From the NCBI GenBank assembly GCA_963514005.1, contig OY740792.1, forward strand, positions 27,466,001-27,530,000: a DNA stretch of 64,000 bases, written 5' to 3'. Shown one piece after another: positions 13,501 through 27,232 of this stretch (its first letter is position 1; every line of letters starts with the position of its first letter). Below the pieces are notes generated by a model that worked only from the letters and a program-made list of their open reading frames with translations, had not been told where the DNA came from and did not search any database. Origin of the DNA: Raja brachyura (taxonomy: Eukaryota). Position numbers and translations under genes: made by a program.

Positions 13501-13716
13501 AGGGCCGGTCCCACTTTCACGACCTAATTCACGACCTTTTTTACTCGTGGATATTTTTCATCATGCGAGAAAAATGCCCCGACCTACTTGATGCCACGAG
13601 TACATCACGGCCTGCTACGACCTACCTACGACCTCGTGACGATCATGCTCCGAGTATGAGTCATGGGCAAACTCGGCAGAGGTCGTGAATTATGTCGTGA
13701 AAGTGGGACAGGCCCT
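13501..13716. mobile_element. Harbinger-like MITE
   Basis: TIRs AGGGCCGGTCCCACTTTCACGAC.. / ..GTCGTGAAAGTGGGACAGGCCCT, flanked by TAA and TAG. Confidence 0.8.
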
Positions 13717-13794
13717 TAGCTCCAGGTGGACAAGGGCAGGCAAAGAGTGGGAGGGTGCAGCCATTGTCTCCCCGGTCTAACCATCCACGGTTCA

Positions 13795-14250
13795 ATAATA
13801 GACAATAGACAATAGGTGTAGGAGTAGGCCATTTGGCCCTTCGAGCCAGCACCGCCATTCAATGTGATCATGGCTGATCATCCCCAATCAGTACCCTGTT
13901 CCTGCCTTCTCCCCATATCCCCTGACTCCGCTATTTTTAAAAGCCCTATCTAGCTCTCTCTTGAAAGTATCCAGAGAACCGGCCTCCATAGCCCTCTGAG
14001 GCAGAGAATGCCACAGACTCACAACTCTCTGTGAGAAAAAGTGTTTCCTCGTCTCCATTCTAAATGGCTTACTCCTTATTCTTAAACTGTGGCCCCTGGT
14101 TCTGGACTCCCCCAACATCAGGAACATGTTTCCTGCCTCTAGTGTGTCCAAGCCCTTAACAATCTTATATGTTTCAATGAGATTCCCTCTCATCCTTCTA
14201 AACTCCAGAGTGTACAAGCCCAGCTGCTTCATTCTCTCAGCATATGACAC
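13795..14250 (-). mobile_element. CR1 3' fragment
   Basis: LGLYTLEFRRMRG..TRGH..FFSQRVV C-terminus of ORF2; (CAATAGA)n tail. Confidence 0.88.
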
Positions 14251-16679
14251 TGCCACAGTGAGGTACCAGCAGTCTGCAGTCTGAAGAAGGGTCTCGACCC
14301 AAAACGTCACCCTTTCCTTCTCTCCAGAGATGCTGCCTGTCTGAGTTACTCCAGCTTTTTGTGTCTATCTTCAGTCTGAAGACTGACACTGGCTGGGTGA
14401 GGCTGAGAATTGTTCACTGATTCTGCAGGCGGCTTCTCAGTGTTTCTCCTGTGGTGATAGGTGCTTTGGAAAGGTTGTGGTCTCCAAACTAGCCTAGGGT
14501 TTTAGTGAACAATCCTGCATGCACCATTGTCAGTGAGGGAGGGTGGGTATCTTCATTCAGCCAAGTCCCTGCACACTGGCATCCATGTACTACCCCTTGC
14601 ATATCTGACTTTATCCTGTCAATTACTCTCTTATAAAAAAAAGCACAGGTTTTGCACATACTGGAGTGTAACAAAGTTCTGTGCAAAGTATTAGTCGCAG
14701 ATTCTAACAGTTCTGGCAGTTCCTTTTATTGACTCACTTTTGGAGATCTGGACGTCACTGCAAAATTCAACATTTATTTTCCACTTTGTACTAATTACAC
14801 TTGAGAAGGTGGTCGTGAACTACTGCCTTCTTGAATCGTTATAGTTCTTATGCTAAGGATGTCCCCACGATATTAAACGTCAAGGGTGTTTTAGTGTCAT
14901 GTGTCCTGAAACAGACCAACAAAATTCTTACGTTAATTCTTAGACCTCATAATAATGATGGAACCATGATAGATTTACATATCAGGATGGTGTGCAACTT
15001 GAAGGGGAATCTGCAGGCGGTGGTGATCTCACGCCCTAGTCCTTCTCGACGGTAGACGTGAGGTATGGTGCATCTGTATGGTACTCTCCTGGGAGGTGCT
15101 GCCACAGTTACTTAGCAAGTGACTGCAATGCCTTTGGTCAACAGTGCACTCTGTGGCCACTGCACGTCTGTGGTAGAGAGAATGATGGGGGGGAAATCAA
15201 ATTAGCTACTTTGTCCAGGATAATGTTGTCATCTAGATTGGTGAGGGAGAGATTTTCACCTATTCTTCTGACTCAGTACACCATGTGGGGCTTACACTAT
15301 ACCCATTTATGTCCACAGTGTGGTCACCACATTTGTCCATCAATTATTTACGCAAGATACAAAGTTATCAGACTGTTGTGAGTTCTTTCTCATTGTGTTA
15401 CGATGGCATGTTAGGAAGCCATCTGCGTCGGTGAGGTTGGTGGTGGGGACATTGATGGAAGGTAGAAGGTGTTAATTAGGTTGACTGCTATGTTATTAGA
15501 ATCATACATCACCCATTGCTCTTGTGTATAATTCCTGCTCATATGTTCCCTTCAGTCCATGGCCCTCCATTCACCTGCTCTCCAAACAGGGCTGCCTCCC
15601 AGCTGCCTGCATGCCTTTCATCCAGCAGCCTAATTCCTTCTGCTGTGTGCAGTCTAATTCCCTGCTGCCCAAAAGACAGGCCAAGACACAAAGTTATCAG
15701 GGGCTGCCTGCCAGGGTATGTGGCAGGGCATGTGGCACTGGCAGAGGCGCCATCTTCAGGATAAGGCCAGGACTGCAGCCCTCCAGGGGAATGGAGGGTG
15801 TTCCATACCATCATTCAAAGTCACTGGATTCTTCTTTTTATTACCACCACCTGGTCTCAATGACACCTACTTTGCAAATGTGAGCACACCTCAGAAAGCA
15901 CCTTATAAGCTTAAATATTTGAGTCTGGTGGTGATAATAGGAACTATCGAACTTCTTCAGACTTCTGCAGATTGAACAAGGGTCCCAGCCCGAAGTTTCA
16001 CCTATCCATGCTCTGCATCCCTGGCCTGCTGAGTTACTCCAGGACTTAGTGTCTCTTTTTGTAAAACAGCATCTGGAGTTCCTGGTGTCTCCATAGAAAT
16101 GCTGTTGCACACACCACATCTGCAGTCAAGCCCCTGATTTTATTGCTCATTGTCAGACAGGGTCGGTGTGTGTTCTTTCTCCCAGCTCAGTCCCCACAAT
16201 CAGCAGTCATCAACTAGTCTTTACACTGTATATGAGTCAGGGTTTGGGCATTTGTGTGTTGTCTGCTGGCTTCCTTCAAACACAGGGATATGGGTGGATG
16301 TGACTCATGTGGCTCAAACTTAGTGACTGATCCAAACTGGTCTTGGACAAATTGGACCTCTGGGAGAAATTTCTTCCACACATCAAGGGCATTGCTGTGC
16401 TTCACTCTTTGATAATGGCCAAAAGAGACCACAAGAAGTGACAGGCCCAAATTATTATAGTATGCAATTAATCCAATCTATAAAATAACACACTGAGGCA
16501 TTCAGATCCATCCCACCAGCACAGCACCTTGCCTCTGATTTGCCATTGAATCATTGAAGGAAGTCATTTAGTACAATGTATTCATGTCAGGAAAGAATTA
16601 TTTATTCATTTTCCTGAATCTGAGCATCACCCACATGCCTTTATTGCCCATCCCTACAAGTATAAATGGGTAATAAAGG

Positions 16680-17250
16680 CTTGTGGGTGATGTTATGTTA
16701 CAGTTGTACAAGACGTTGGTGAGGCCACATGTGGAATTTAGTTTTGGTCACCCAGTTGGAGGAGGGATGATGTTAAACCTGAAAGAGTGCAGAGAAGATT
16801 TACAAGGATGTTGCCCGGACTTGAGGTCCTGAGCTATAAGAGAGAGGTTTGGCAGATTAGGATTTTATACCTTGGAAAGCAGGGAGATGATGGGTTATTT
16901 TATAGAGATGTACAAGGGGAATAGATAGTTTAGATGCACAGTCTTTTACCCAGAGTAGGGGATTCAAGAACCAAAGGTCAGAGGTTTAAGGTGAGAGGGG
17001 AAAGTTTTAATAGGAACCCGAGGGGAAACCTTTTCACAGAGGGTGGCAGGTATATAGAACAAGCTGCTAGACGAGGTAGTTGAGGAAGATACTATAACAA
17101 CATCTAAAAGACATTCGGACAGGTACATGGATAGAAAAGGATGAGGGATATGGGCCAAATGTGAGCCGGTGGGACTAGTGTAGCTGGGGCATCTTGGATG
17201 GCATGGGCAAGTTGGGCCGAAATGCATTTTTCCATGTTGTATGACAATTC
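16680..17250 (+). mobile_element. Old CR1 3' fragment
   Basis: Decayed LYKTLVRPH..VQRRFTRMLPGL coding sequence and CR1 3' UTR. Confidence 0.7.
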
Positions 17251-17705
17251 CCATCATGAGTTCAATCCAATTTACTGATTAACCTTGTAGCATTTACATA
17301 AATTCAGTTTAAACGACTAATCTCTTCTCTCTTTACTGCGCTCACCTGCCTGTCCTGACTGCCAATCTTGCTCTCCCTGGCTGCAATATTTGACACCACC
17401 CTCTCACCTGTTTGCTCTGTGACCCTCCCGTCTGCTAATCCAGTTCAAACTCTGCCTGGTAGCACCAGTAATCTCCCTCTCAGGATATTGATTCCTCTCC
17501 AACTCAGCTGCAACCCGTCCATCTTGTACAGGTCACCTGTGCCCCCAAAAGATCCCAATGTTCCAAAAGCCTGTACCCATGGCTCCCGCTCCTCAGCCAT
17601 GTACTCATCTGGCCTGTCCTTCTATTCATGCCTTCACTAGTATGTGGTCCTTCAGATTGTTCTGCAGCCACACCAAGACATCCTGGACCCAACACCTCTA
17701 GACCC

Positions 17706-17906
17706 TGTGTAGGAAGGAACTGCAGATGCTGGTTTAAACTGAAGATAAACACAAAATGTTGGAGTAACTCAGCGGGACAGGCAGAATCTCTGGAGAGAAG
17801 AAATGGATGATGTTTCGAATAAGGGTCGCGACCCGAAACCTCACCCATTCCTTCTCTCCAGAGATGTTGCCTGTCCTGCTGACTTACTCCAGCATTTTGT
17901 GTCTAT
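17706..17906. mobile_element. Penelope-derived fold-back element with about 11-bp TSD
   Basis: Inverted arms centred near 17820; CCTCT(A/C)GACCC at 17695-17705 and 17907-17917. Confidence 0.65.
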
Positions 17907-18739
17907 CCTCTCGACCCACCTTGCTTCTCTACACCTTGTCCCTCACCCTTCCTGCTCCTCTCTCTCCCCCTCACCATTTTCTCTCACATCTCCTTGATAT
18001 CCCCTGGATAGTCTTCGGCAGCTCACTGCTATCAAAGGATTTTGAGCTGCTTTTAAGTGTCCCTGATCGAAACATTTGAATTCCAATAAAAAAAACATAA
18101 ATACTTGAAAATATCACAAATTCAAACCATAAAGAATAAAGGGTTAAGCACCAAGTGCTGGGCAATGGGACATATACAGACAGGTGCCCACATGATGGCA
18201 TGGAATAGTTTTGCCAAATGGCCTGTTTCAATCCTTTATAGGGGGGCCGCGATTCAATGAAATAAATGTATTTAAATTAAATTAAAGTAAAACAATTAAA
18301 AAATATTAAAATACTGTAGCTTAAATACTTATGTAGCCCTTCTCTCCAGCATCTCAAGGCTCGTGAGTGGGGTCAGTACCAGCTCAATTTGGCCATTGGC
18401 CCTGGCTGATCATGTTATCCTTATCAATGCTTTTGCATTGCTGGGGCACCATAAGCATTATGACATCACAAATAGGAGACGAGTTGGTCATATGATCCCC
18501 ACAAGCTCCACGTCCCTTGATCTCCCAGTAGTCCACAAACCTGTTTATCTCTAACATGACCGTACTTATAACACAGCCTCCAGCTCTCTGGCTGCGAATT
18601 CCAAAGTTGCATGACTCTCAGGGATAAAAGAAAATTCTCCTTATCTGTTCTTTAAATGTACAACCCCTTGTACTAACATTAGGGCCCCTGGTGAGACATG
18701 AGATGAATGTGGTCTGGATCGATGCGGCATTAAGTCATA

Positions 18740-19375
18740 CAGTTATACAACAAAGAAATAGCTCCTCTACCACAACTTGACCAAGTTCCATTTACCTATG
18801 TTTGGGCAATATCACTCTAAACTTTGAGCCTGTCAAAAATGTATTTTAAAACTTGTAATTGTACCCACCTCTACCACTTCCTCTGCCAGCTCGCTCCACG
18901 TACCCACCACCCTCTGTGTGAAAAGGTTTATCCTCAGGTGCCTTGCAAATCTTATCTCTCACCTTAAACCTATGCCCTGGATTTTGACTCCCCTATCCTG
19001 GGGAAAAGACTCTGTTATTCACCTTTTATATGCCCCCTGCAAGATTTTACATGCCTACATACCTGTAAGATCACCCACCCCTCAAGCTTCTACCCTGTAG
19101 GGATAAATGGCCAGGTGTTATCCAGTCTCTAACTCAAGCTCCCCAGTCCCGGTGACGTACAGTACATGCAAATCTTCTCTGCACCTTTTCCAGCTTAATA
19201 ACATCCTTCCTACAGCTGGGTAGCCAAAACTGCATGCAATATTCCAAGCGTGAACCCACCAACGTCTTGTACACACAGCAGTAACATGTTGTTCCATCTC
19301 CTGTACCCAGTGCACCTGACCAATGAAGAAAAACTTAGTAAACACTTTCTTCACCACCCTGCCTAACTATGTCTC
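18740..19375 (-). mobile_element. Old CR1 3' fragment
   Basis: Reverse complement resembles the CR1 ORF2 C-terminus and 3' UTR. Confidence 0.65.
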
Positions 19376-20369
19376 CACGGTAAGAAAGCGGCCACATTAA
19401 TTGTTATTTGTAGTTACAACCTTTTAGATCTTTACTGCAATGTATCTCACTGACCTATCCAGGAGAGGAATCCTGAAAAACTCACCATTCACCCATCTCT
19501 TCAAACCTTCGGCAGGCTCGTGTCCTGTTGCTGATCTCTCCACATCTTTCAGATATAATCTTCCGCACTACCTTACTATTTTCCAGACTGTATTCTCACT
19601 CCAGCTTTTTCGTTGATTTATATCTCTCCCTATTTCCCTTTCCCAGAAGGTTCATTGGGTGACATTGATCCGGGCGACGTTTGGTCGGTTTGTGCTCTGA
19701 ATTCTGGAGGCAAGTGGTGATGAGCGTTAGTTCCCGATATATAGGAAACTGAGCTATGCCCGCATAGGATATGTGTAGGAAGGATCTGCAGATGCTGGTT
19801 TACACTGAAGATGGATATGTGGCCACCTATTCCCTCAAGGTATGCCTACTGCCATGTCTGGAGTATTAGCTGAGCTGTGGCTTCCCCCTTGAGCCGTTTC
19901 CAACATCTGCACCTCAGCAAAGTGGTGACGGATTCTTGCCTCTGGGTTACCATGGTTTCTAACTGTGAGATCACATGACATCACCTTCATGGTAACAAAG
20001 GGGAGGGTTGATGTTGTCCCAGGTTGAGCGCCCATGTAACACCAACCCTTCAAAGTACAGCCCTGGGATACTGTGGTGCAATTTAAATCTGAGCAATCAC
20101 AGATGGGATCTACTGTTACACTAAATGTTTTTGTTTCCCAATCTCTCTGAAGTCATTGTTTGGAACTTCTGCACTAATACTGAAATGGATGGGGCAAAAT
20201 GCTTGCTTCTCAGCTCAAGACTTGTATATAAAATTATTCTATTGCCCTGGGCTCTGGACTGGTCCATTTTGTAAAACTGAAGAAGCATTGGAGGGAATAT
20301 TAAACATGAGCACACACTGGCAAGAGTCATAGAAAACCCACTGCCCACAATCTAGAGTTGACTCATTTC

Positions 20370-21065
20370 TAGGGGAGTGTTGTAGAGCAGAGGAATCTAG
20401 GAGTGCAGGGCATTGTTCCTTGAAGGTCAAGTCACAGGTAGATTAGGTGGTCATAAAGGATTTTGGCACATTGGCTTTCATCAGTCAGAGTAAAGTTGGG
20501 AGGTCATGTTGCAGTTGTATAAGACGTTGGTGAAATCGCATTTTGAATATTGTGTTCAGTTTTGGGCACCATGTTATAGGAAAGATATTCTCAAGCTTGA
20601 AAGGGTTCAGAGAAGATTTACGAGGATGTTGCCCGGACTAGAGGGTGTGAGCTTTCGGGAAAGGTTGAGTACACTGGGTCTCTATTCCTTGGAGCACAAA
20701 ATCATGAGGAATAGATTGGGTAGATTCACAGAGTTTCTTGCCCAGAGTAGGGGAATCTAGGACCAGAGGCCACAGGTTCAAGATGAAGGGGAAAAGATTT
20801 AATTGGAATCTGAGGGGTAACTTTTTCACGCAAAGGGAGGTGGGTGTATTTGAACATAGAAACATAGAAGATAAGCTGCCAGATGAGGTAGTTGAGACTG
20901 GGATTATCCTAACGTTTAAGAAACAGACAGGTACATGGATAGGGCAGGTTTGGAGGGATCTGGACCAAGCGCAGGCAGGTGGGACTAAGTGTAGCTGGGA
21001 CATGTTGGCTGGGGTGGGCAAGTTGGGCTGAAGGGCCTGGTTCCACATTGTATCACTCTATGACC
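20370..21065 (+). mobile_element. CR1 3' portion
   Basis: GSVVEQRNLGVQ.., MLQLYKTLVKSHFEYCVQFWAP, TRGHRFK; CR1 3' UTR. Confidence 0.85.
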
Positions 21066-21099
21066 CTACATGCAGCCTAACAAAAATCTTATGAAACTG

Positions 21100-22220
21100 C
21101 ATCATGACTTACCTGCCTTGGGAATTCACCTCAGCTATCCTGACAGCAGTTTACATGCCTCCCCATGTTGATGTTAAGCTTGCTCTGAATGAACTGTACT
21201 CTGCCATCAATAGCCCAGATGCAAAACATCCCAAAGCCGTGGTCATTGTTGCCAGGGATTCAATCAAGTCAACCTCTGGAGCAAACTACCAAAATACTAT
21301 CAGCATGTCTCTTGTCCCACCAGCAGGCCAGAACACCTGCAGACTGTGGCATGGTCTGAATACTATAACTGGCTGCAAAGTGAAGTCAGGCAGCATCGCT
21401 GGCGATAGTGCAGTCTTACCTGACGAATTTATTGCATTTGATGCTCGATTTGAACAGGTCAACAGGGTGTTGACATCCATCCCGTCAGATTCGAATGTGC
21501 CTTTTCCCAGGGTCGCTGTTGCAGCAGATAGTTTGGCCTATCCGAGGGTAAACCCATGAAAAGCAACAGGCCCGGACGGAGTCCCAAGCCGCGCCCTTGG
21601 GAACTGCGTGGACCAACTAGCGAGAGTTTTGACGAAGATTATTAACCTCTTCTAACTCCGTGCTGAGGTACCCACCTAGTTCAAGATCTCAAAAAGTAAG
21701 ATCTCATGCCTTCATGAACACTGTTCAGTGACCTTAACATTCACCATCATGAAGTGCTTCAAGAGGCTGGTTATGACACACATTCAATCCAGCCTAACAA
21801 ACAACCATGATCTGCCACCATAACAGGTGATACCATCTCCCTGGTCCTATAGACATCCCTGGAACACCTGGATATGAAGGTCACCCACGTCAGACTCCTA
21901 TTTATGGACGGTAGACACAAAATGGTGGAGTAACTCAGCGGGACAGGCAGCATCTCTGGAGAGAGGAATGGGTGATGTTTCGGGTCGAGACCCTTCTTCA
22001 GACTATTCCTATTCATGGACTACAACTCTGCTTGTAATACCATTATACCAACCACGCTCATCTCCAAACTCATGAAACATGGAGTCAGCACTCGCCTCTG
22101 CAACTGGATCCTCGACTTCCTGACCAACAGACCACAATCAGTGAGAATATGTGACAAATAATCCTCTGCGATAATCCTCAACACTGGTGCCCTGCAAGGA
22201 TGCATTCTCAGCCTCCTACG
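21100..22220 (+). mobile_element. Rex1/Babar-like LINE remnant
   Basis: LPWEFTSAILTAVYMPP (APE), KATGPDGVP and [19 protein letters not shown] (RT) motifs, fragmented. Confidence 0.65.
21910..22006 (-). mobile_element. Hammerhead-core short element inserted in Rex1, 14-bp TSD
   Basis: Core at 21974-22001 (minus); TCCTATT(T/C)ATGGAC at 21896-21909 and 22007-22020. Confidence 0.7.
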
Positions 22221-22751
22221 ATACTCAATAGGGCAGTTTTGAAGGGCACGATGGACCTTGCCTACTGAGTCACATTGGCAAGGATGTGGTCCTAATACCT
22301 GGAAGGTGCAGTCGGCAATTCTAAGTACTTCTTTAGGCATCACCTTGCACTGGTAGACAAAATGTTCCAGGTGCACCAGAGAGTGCCTTTCACCAAGTTA
22401 ATGACCAACATTTGCTTCATCCGAACATTGAACAATCCATAGATGACGAGGGCGCAAGACTGCAGATTCTGAAATCTGGAGCAATAGGACAAACCGCTGG
22501 AAGAACTCAGCGGGTCAAGCAGCCTGTGTGGAGACAAAAGCTTGCATCAGGACCCTGCAACAGGAGAGAGTACAGAGGGGAAAGAGACAATGGACAGCAG
22601 TGAGAGGCAGGGGTGAGGCAGAAGTGGAAACAAATGAGTTAGGGTGATGGGCAGGAAGGGGAGGGGGGTGACTTGAGAGGCTAGTAGATGTTAGGGGAAA
22701 TCTTAAAAGATATAAGAACAGTAAACCCACTGCCCACAATCTAGAGTTGAC

Positions 22752-23010
22752 CTACCATTCACTGTGTAGGTCCTGCCCTTGTTATACGTCCCAAAATGCA
22801 ACACCTCACACTTCTCTGTATTAAATTCCAGCAACCATTCATCAGCCCACCTGGCCAATCGATCCAGATCCTGCTGCAATCTTTCACAACCACCTTCACT
22901 ATCTGCAAAACCGCCCACTTTTGTATCAGCAAATTTGCTAATCTTGCCCTTAATTTTCTCATCCAAATCATTGAGGTAGATGACAAACAGTAATGGGCCC
23001 AGCACCTGAC
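22752..23010 (-). mobile_element. CR1 RT fragment
   Basis: VLGPLLFVIYLNDL..KFAD..LQQDLDRL..KCEVLHFG..YTVNGR. Confidence 0.85.
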
Positions 23011-23629
23011 ACATTTGGGTATTGTGTGCAGTTCTGGATAATAATATTATAGGATATGGAAGCTTTGGAGAGGTGCAAAGAAGGTTTACCAGAATGCTGC
23101 CTGGATTAGAGAATATTAGCTATAAGAAAATATAAAGGAGCAGGCCACAGCCCTTCAGGCCGTTCTATACGATTTTGCTTGATCTGCCTCTGGCCTTGTC
23201 GCCTCTTCTGAGCCAATACCCCAGAGCTCTCAATCCCTCGATTATTCAAAATGAATCTAATTGTTTGTTAAAACTGATGATCCAGCCTCCACCACCTGCG
23301 TAGGTTGAGTGTTCCTAAGGTTCACTGCCAGAAGTTCCAAAGTATCTCATTTCCTAACTACTTCCCCTTTACCCTAAAGTAGGTGTGATGAACGCTTTAA
23401 TTTCTTCACATGGAGTCATACGGAACAGAAACAGGCCCTCTGAGTCTCTGCCAACTAGTCACCTACACACTCTGGACAATTTACAATTAAATTACCAACC
23501 ACCACTTCTTTGGGATGAAGGGGGGGGGAGTCAGGAAGCACAGGTGATCACAGGAAGAACGTGCAAGCTCCACACAGACAGCGCCGAAGATCAGGATCGA
23601 ACTCTAGTTTTCGGCTCTGAGGCAGAGAC

Positions 23630-23723
23630 CCTACTAGCTGTGTCTCTGTGCTCTCTAAAAGCAATGCCACAAGATGCCTACTAGCTGTGTCTCTGTGCTC
23701 TCTAAAAGCAATGCCGCAAGATG
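23630..23723 (+). repeat. 47-bp tandem duplication
   Basis: CCTACTAGCTGTGTCTCTGTGCTCTCTAAAAGCAATGCC(A/G)CAAGATG twice, one mismatch. Confidence 0.9.
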
Positions 23724-25972
23724 ATTCTGAATCTTCCGGTTTAACCTCTTTAGTGCATTGCAAGACACCCTCACTATTCAGTCTGGTCGACTATGAGTAG
23801 AAGGGAGAGAGGGAGTTTTTCTGAATGCAAACGTCCCAGTGCTTGGATGGCACAGTGGTAGTGGTCGGATTCAACCTAATTTCCTCACAAGGATAACATC
23901 TCCTCCCTCTAATCCCACTCGAATACCACAATCTCAATGAAATTTATTAGATTGTTGGGGACATAGCAATTTCAAACTACGACTTCTCCAAATATTAAAA
24001 TGTAATTTGATCTAACATGCATTCAATATGTTGATTCCAATTTTGTTTATGTTATTGACATTATGGCTGAACAATATGAGCTTTTAAAGGGCAATCATGA
24101 AGGAGATGAGACTAATGAACTGCTTTATTGTACCATGCTCACCACTGTACAGCTATTAACCCATGAAATCTAAGGCGTAGGTGGCTTCAGTAACATTGAC
24201 ATACGTTTGCAGATTTTATTGCAGCCACATGGTTGCGCTGTTGGGTTACATTGTATTTTTCAATTCTATATGGAGCCATACTCTACATATATAGGCCCTT
24301 CATCCCAATGGGTCCGTGCCAATCATCAAGCCCCCCCGTAGCACTAACTATACCAATACTCTTTCATTCTCATCAAACTCCTCCCCACTGATTCAACCAC
24401 TCATCTACCCACTCGAGGCAATTTAGTGAACAATTAACCCGCCGCCCTGAGGTCATTCCCATGAAACATTAAACCCTCCTGACGGCCCTTTGAGCAAAAA
24501 ACAAACTGCTGGAGGAGCTCAGCAATTCAGGCAGCATCTGACAGGGGAAATGGACAGACTGCACTTCGGGTCGGGACACCTTTTGCAGACTCCTAGCCCA
24601 CCGTTTGAACTGCCCGTAGACGCCATGACACTATTTTGAAGAGGATCAAAAGTGTTGTGGTTGAAATTTAACCCTCCCACATTTAATACACATCTGTAGC
24701 AATGTTTTGTGGGCAAATTAGTTGCCGCGTTTTCTGTAATCTCTCAAGAGGAATGCACATTGATATCCTGTACCACCAAACTGCTGCCACGTACTTAAAG
24801 GGCCTTTGTTAATGCAAAGAGAAGCCATGTACAAATAAAAGCCCTTCCTTCTTCCTTTCCATCAGTTATCCATGCTTCTCTCAATGTGGATCATTCCCAG
24901 AATTAAAATTCTGCATAAATGCTGGGTGCAGCTTCTTTGCACGTGTGCACATAATCACACCAAGCACCAAAACAAAATGTCTCACTATATGGAGTCGACA
25001 GAATTCTGAAATATAACAGACTAGCACCAGCCATCATTCATTCTGGGTTTTTTTAAGCCAAATTGTCTATCGGCTCAAGATTGCTCGAGAGCATTGCAAA
25101 ACTCCTGGCAGTATATTTTAAGTCACTGAAAGTAAAACCTTCTCTTCAACATCTGGGTGCAAGCAGATCCTGATCAGTGCTCGGCTGATAACATAGTTAA
25201 TTTGCTCTCCCACTCTTCACAAGATCAAACGCATTTTAGAAATGAAAGCTGAACCTCTTTGAGACTCAACGCGTATCCAGTTCCTTCAAGAGCTGAGCTT
25301 TCATCTTCAGGATTTAAAATGTGGTCTGAAACCCAAGCAGAGTTCAGGAAAGTCAGACCAGTCGAGACAAAAAGAATCAATAACCTTACATCGTCTGCTC
25401 TGTCAGAGTATAAGAATCTGTAGACCAAGGAAAACAAAATAAAATGCTTTGTTCCAATGACTACACCCTAAAATAACACTGTTGGCTTCTGTAACCACCT
25501 ATTTATTTAATTATGCCACAATAAATTAATTTTATGCACATTTAAAAAAAACAATTCAGTCATCACATCATTTAATGAATGTGTAATATTTACGTAAAGG
25601 AAGCATCCTGTACCGATTAGAATACAGGGTGACAAAGTACCAGATTCTTGCTCGACAGTAATAATGAAGATGTTCTTTGCATTCTTTTCAATTCAAGATT
25701 TGGTAAATTTTGGAGGGAAGGTGGAAACAGAATAGAGAATGTTAGTGCTTGTGACTGAAAATCCAGAAGCTTATGAACATTACACTTTCAATGACAGGGT
25801 ACTGTGCATTACTCTGAAGCTTCAACTCAGTATCTCAGTCCTTCAGGCATTTGGTCCAGAGCACTCAGCTCCCCGGGTGTACAGATCCAGCTATACCACT
25901 CACACCGGCAGGAAATGGGGAACACAGGCTGAAAGCACTTCAATGTCCATTTAGGGTTAACCCTTTTTGATT

Positions 25973-26242
25973 CTACTTTGGTTTACAGTCAAGGGGTAGG
26001 CTGTCCAGCAGGCACTTCAGCTGCTCCTCTCCCAGCTTGATCTTGTCCTCCAGCTCCCTCTGCTCAATGGTGAGGGCTGATTTCATTTTCACAAAATGTT
26101 CGTAGTCCTGGAGGAGCTCGTCGGTCAGGCAGCTGGACAGGATATCAAACACCAGCCGCTCCCTCCGGTCCAGGTTCTCCTTCAGCTCTTTTGCGTCTTC
26201 GTGCTGCCTCGTGAGGAGCTTCTGCTTTTGAGTTAGGGTCCG
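25973..26242 (-). CDS. SHROOM2: SHROOM2 terminal coding exon (end of ASD2)
   Basis: Acceptor TTTCTCAG| at 26243; [51 protein letters not shown] closely matches human SHROOM2; stop codon at 25973-25975. Confidence 0.93.
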   Translation of the reverse strand, partial: RTLTQKQKLLTRQHEDAKELKENLDRRERLVFDILSSCLTDELLQDYEHFVKMKSALTIEQRELEDKIKLGEEQLKCLLDSLPLDCKPK

Positions 26243-26267
26243 CTGAGAAAGACAAACACAAGGTAAA

Positions 26268-26398
26268 CCAGTCTGAAGAAGGGTCTCGACCCGAAACGTC
26301 ACCCATTCCTTCTCTCAATAGATGCTGCCTGTTCCACTGAGTTACTCCAGCTTTTTGTGTCTATCTTTGGTCTCAACGAACATCTGCAGTTCCTTCCT
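26268..26398 (+). mobile_element. Hammerhead-core short element with 12-bp TSD next to the SHROOM2 last acceptor
   Basis: Consensus core 26273-26300; ACACAAGGTAAA duplicated at 26256-26267 and 26399-26410. Confidence 0.75.
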
Positions 26399-26423
26399 AC
26401 ACAAGGTAAATCCCCTCCATCTG

Positions 26424-26882
26424 AACTTGGAGATGTTGCATTCAATTCCCTCGTCCAAATCATTAATATATATTGTAAATAGCTGGGGTCCCAGCACTGA
26501 GCCTTGCGGTACCCCACTAGTCACTGCCTGCCATTCTGAAAAGGACCTGTTTACTCCTACCCTTTGCTTCCTGTCTGCCAGCCAGTTCTCTATCCACATC
26601 AATACTGAACCCCCAATACCGTGTGCTTTAAGTTTGTATACTAATCTCTTATGTGGGACCTTGTCGAAAACCTTCTGAAAGTCTAGATATAACACATCCA
26701 CTGGTTCTCCCTTATCAACTCTGCTAGTTCCATCCTCGAAAAATTCTATAAGATTCGTCAGACATGATTTACCTTTCGTAAATCCATGCCGACTTTGTCT
26801 AATGATTTCACCACTTTCCAAATGTACTGCTATCCCATCTTTAATAACTGACTCTAGCAGTTTCCCCACTACCGATGTTAGA
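26424..26882 (-). mobile_element. CR1 RT internal fragment
   Basis: [34 protein letters not shown]. Confidence 0.9.
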
Positions 26883-27014
26883 CACGGCACAGGTGTGGTC
26901 AAAGGCCACACAAACAGCAGCCAAGATCTGTATAAAACCTGGGTCTCTGAACCTGTGAGGCAGCAGAACTACCTGCTGTACCATCAGGCACACAGGCTAA
27001 AGGAACAATGGAGA

Positions 27015-27232
27015 CAGAAGACATTGCTGGAATCTTGAGCAAAAAAAAGTGCTGGCAGAACTCAGTCGGTCAGGCAGCACTAGTGGAAGAAAATGGATAG
27101 GTGACGTTTCAGGTCGGTATCTGCCTTCAGGCTGATCAGTCTGAAGAAGGATCCTGACCTGAAATGTCATCTGTCCATTTACCTCCACAGATACTGCCTG
27201 ACCTGCTGAGTTCCACCAGCACTTTGTTTTTA
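27015..27232. mobile_element. Penelope-derived fold-back element (decayed core at 27141)
   Basis: Inverted arms GTGCTGGCAGAACTCAG..CAGGCAGCA / TGCCTGACCTGCTGAGTTCCACCAGCAC. Confidence 0.6.

Noticed and set aside
24100-25972. Exact SHROOM2 3' end
   Set aside because: Several AATAAA candidates on the gene strand (25502, 24215, 24124); cannot choose without RNA data.
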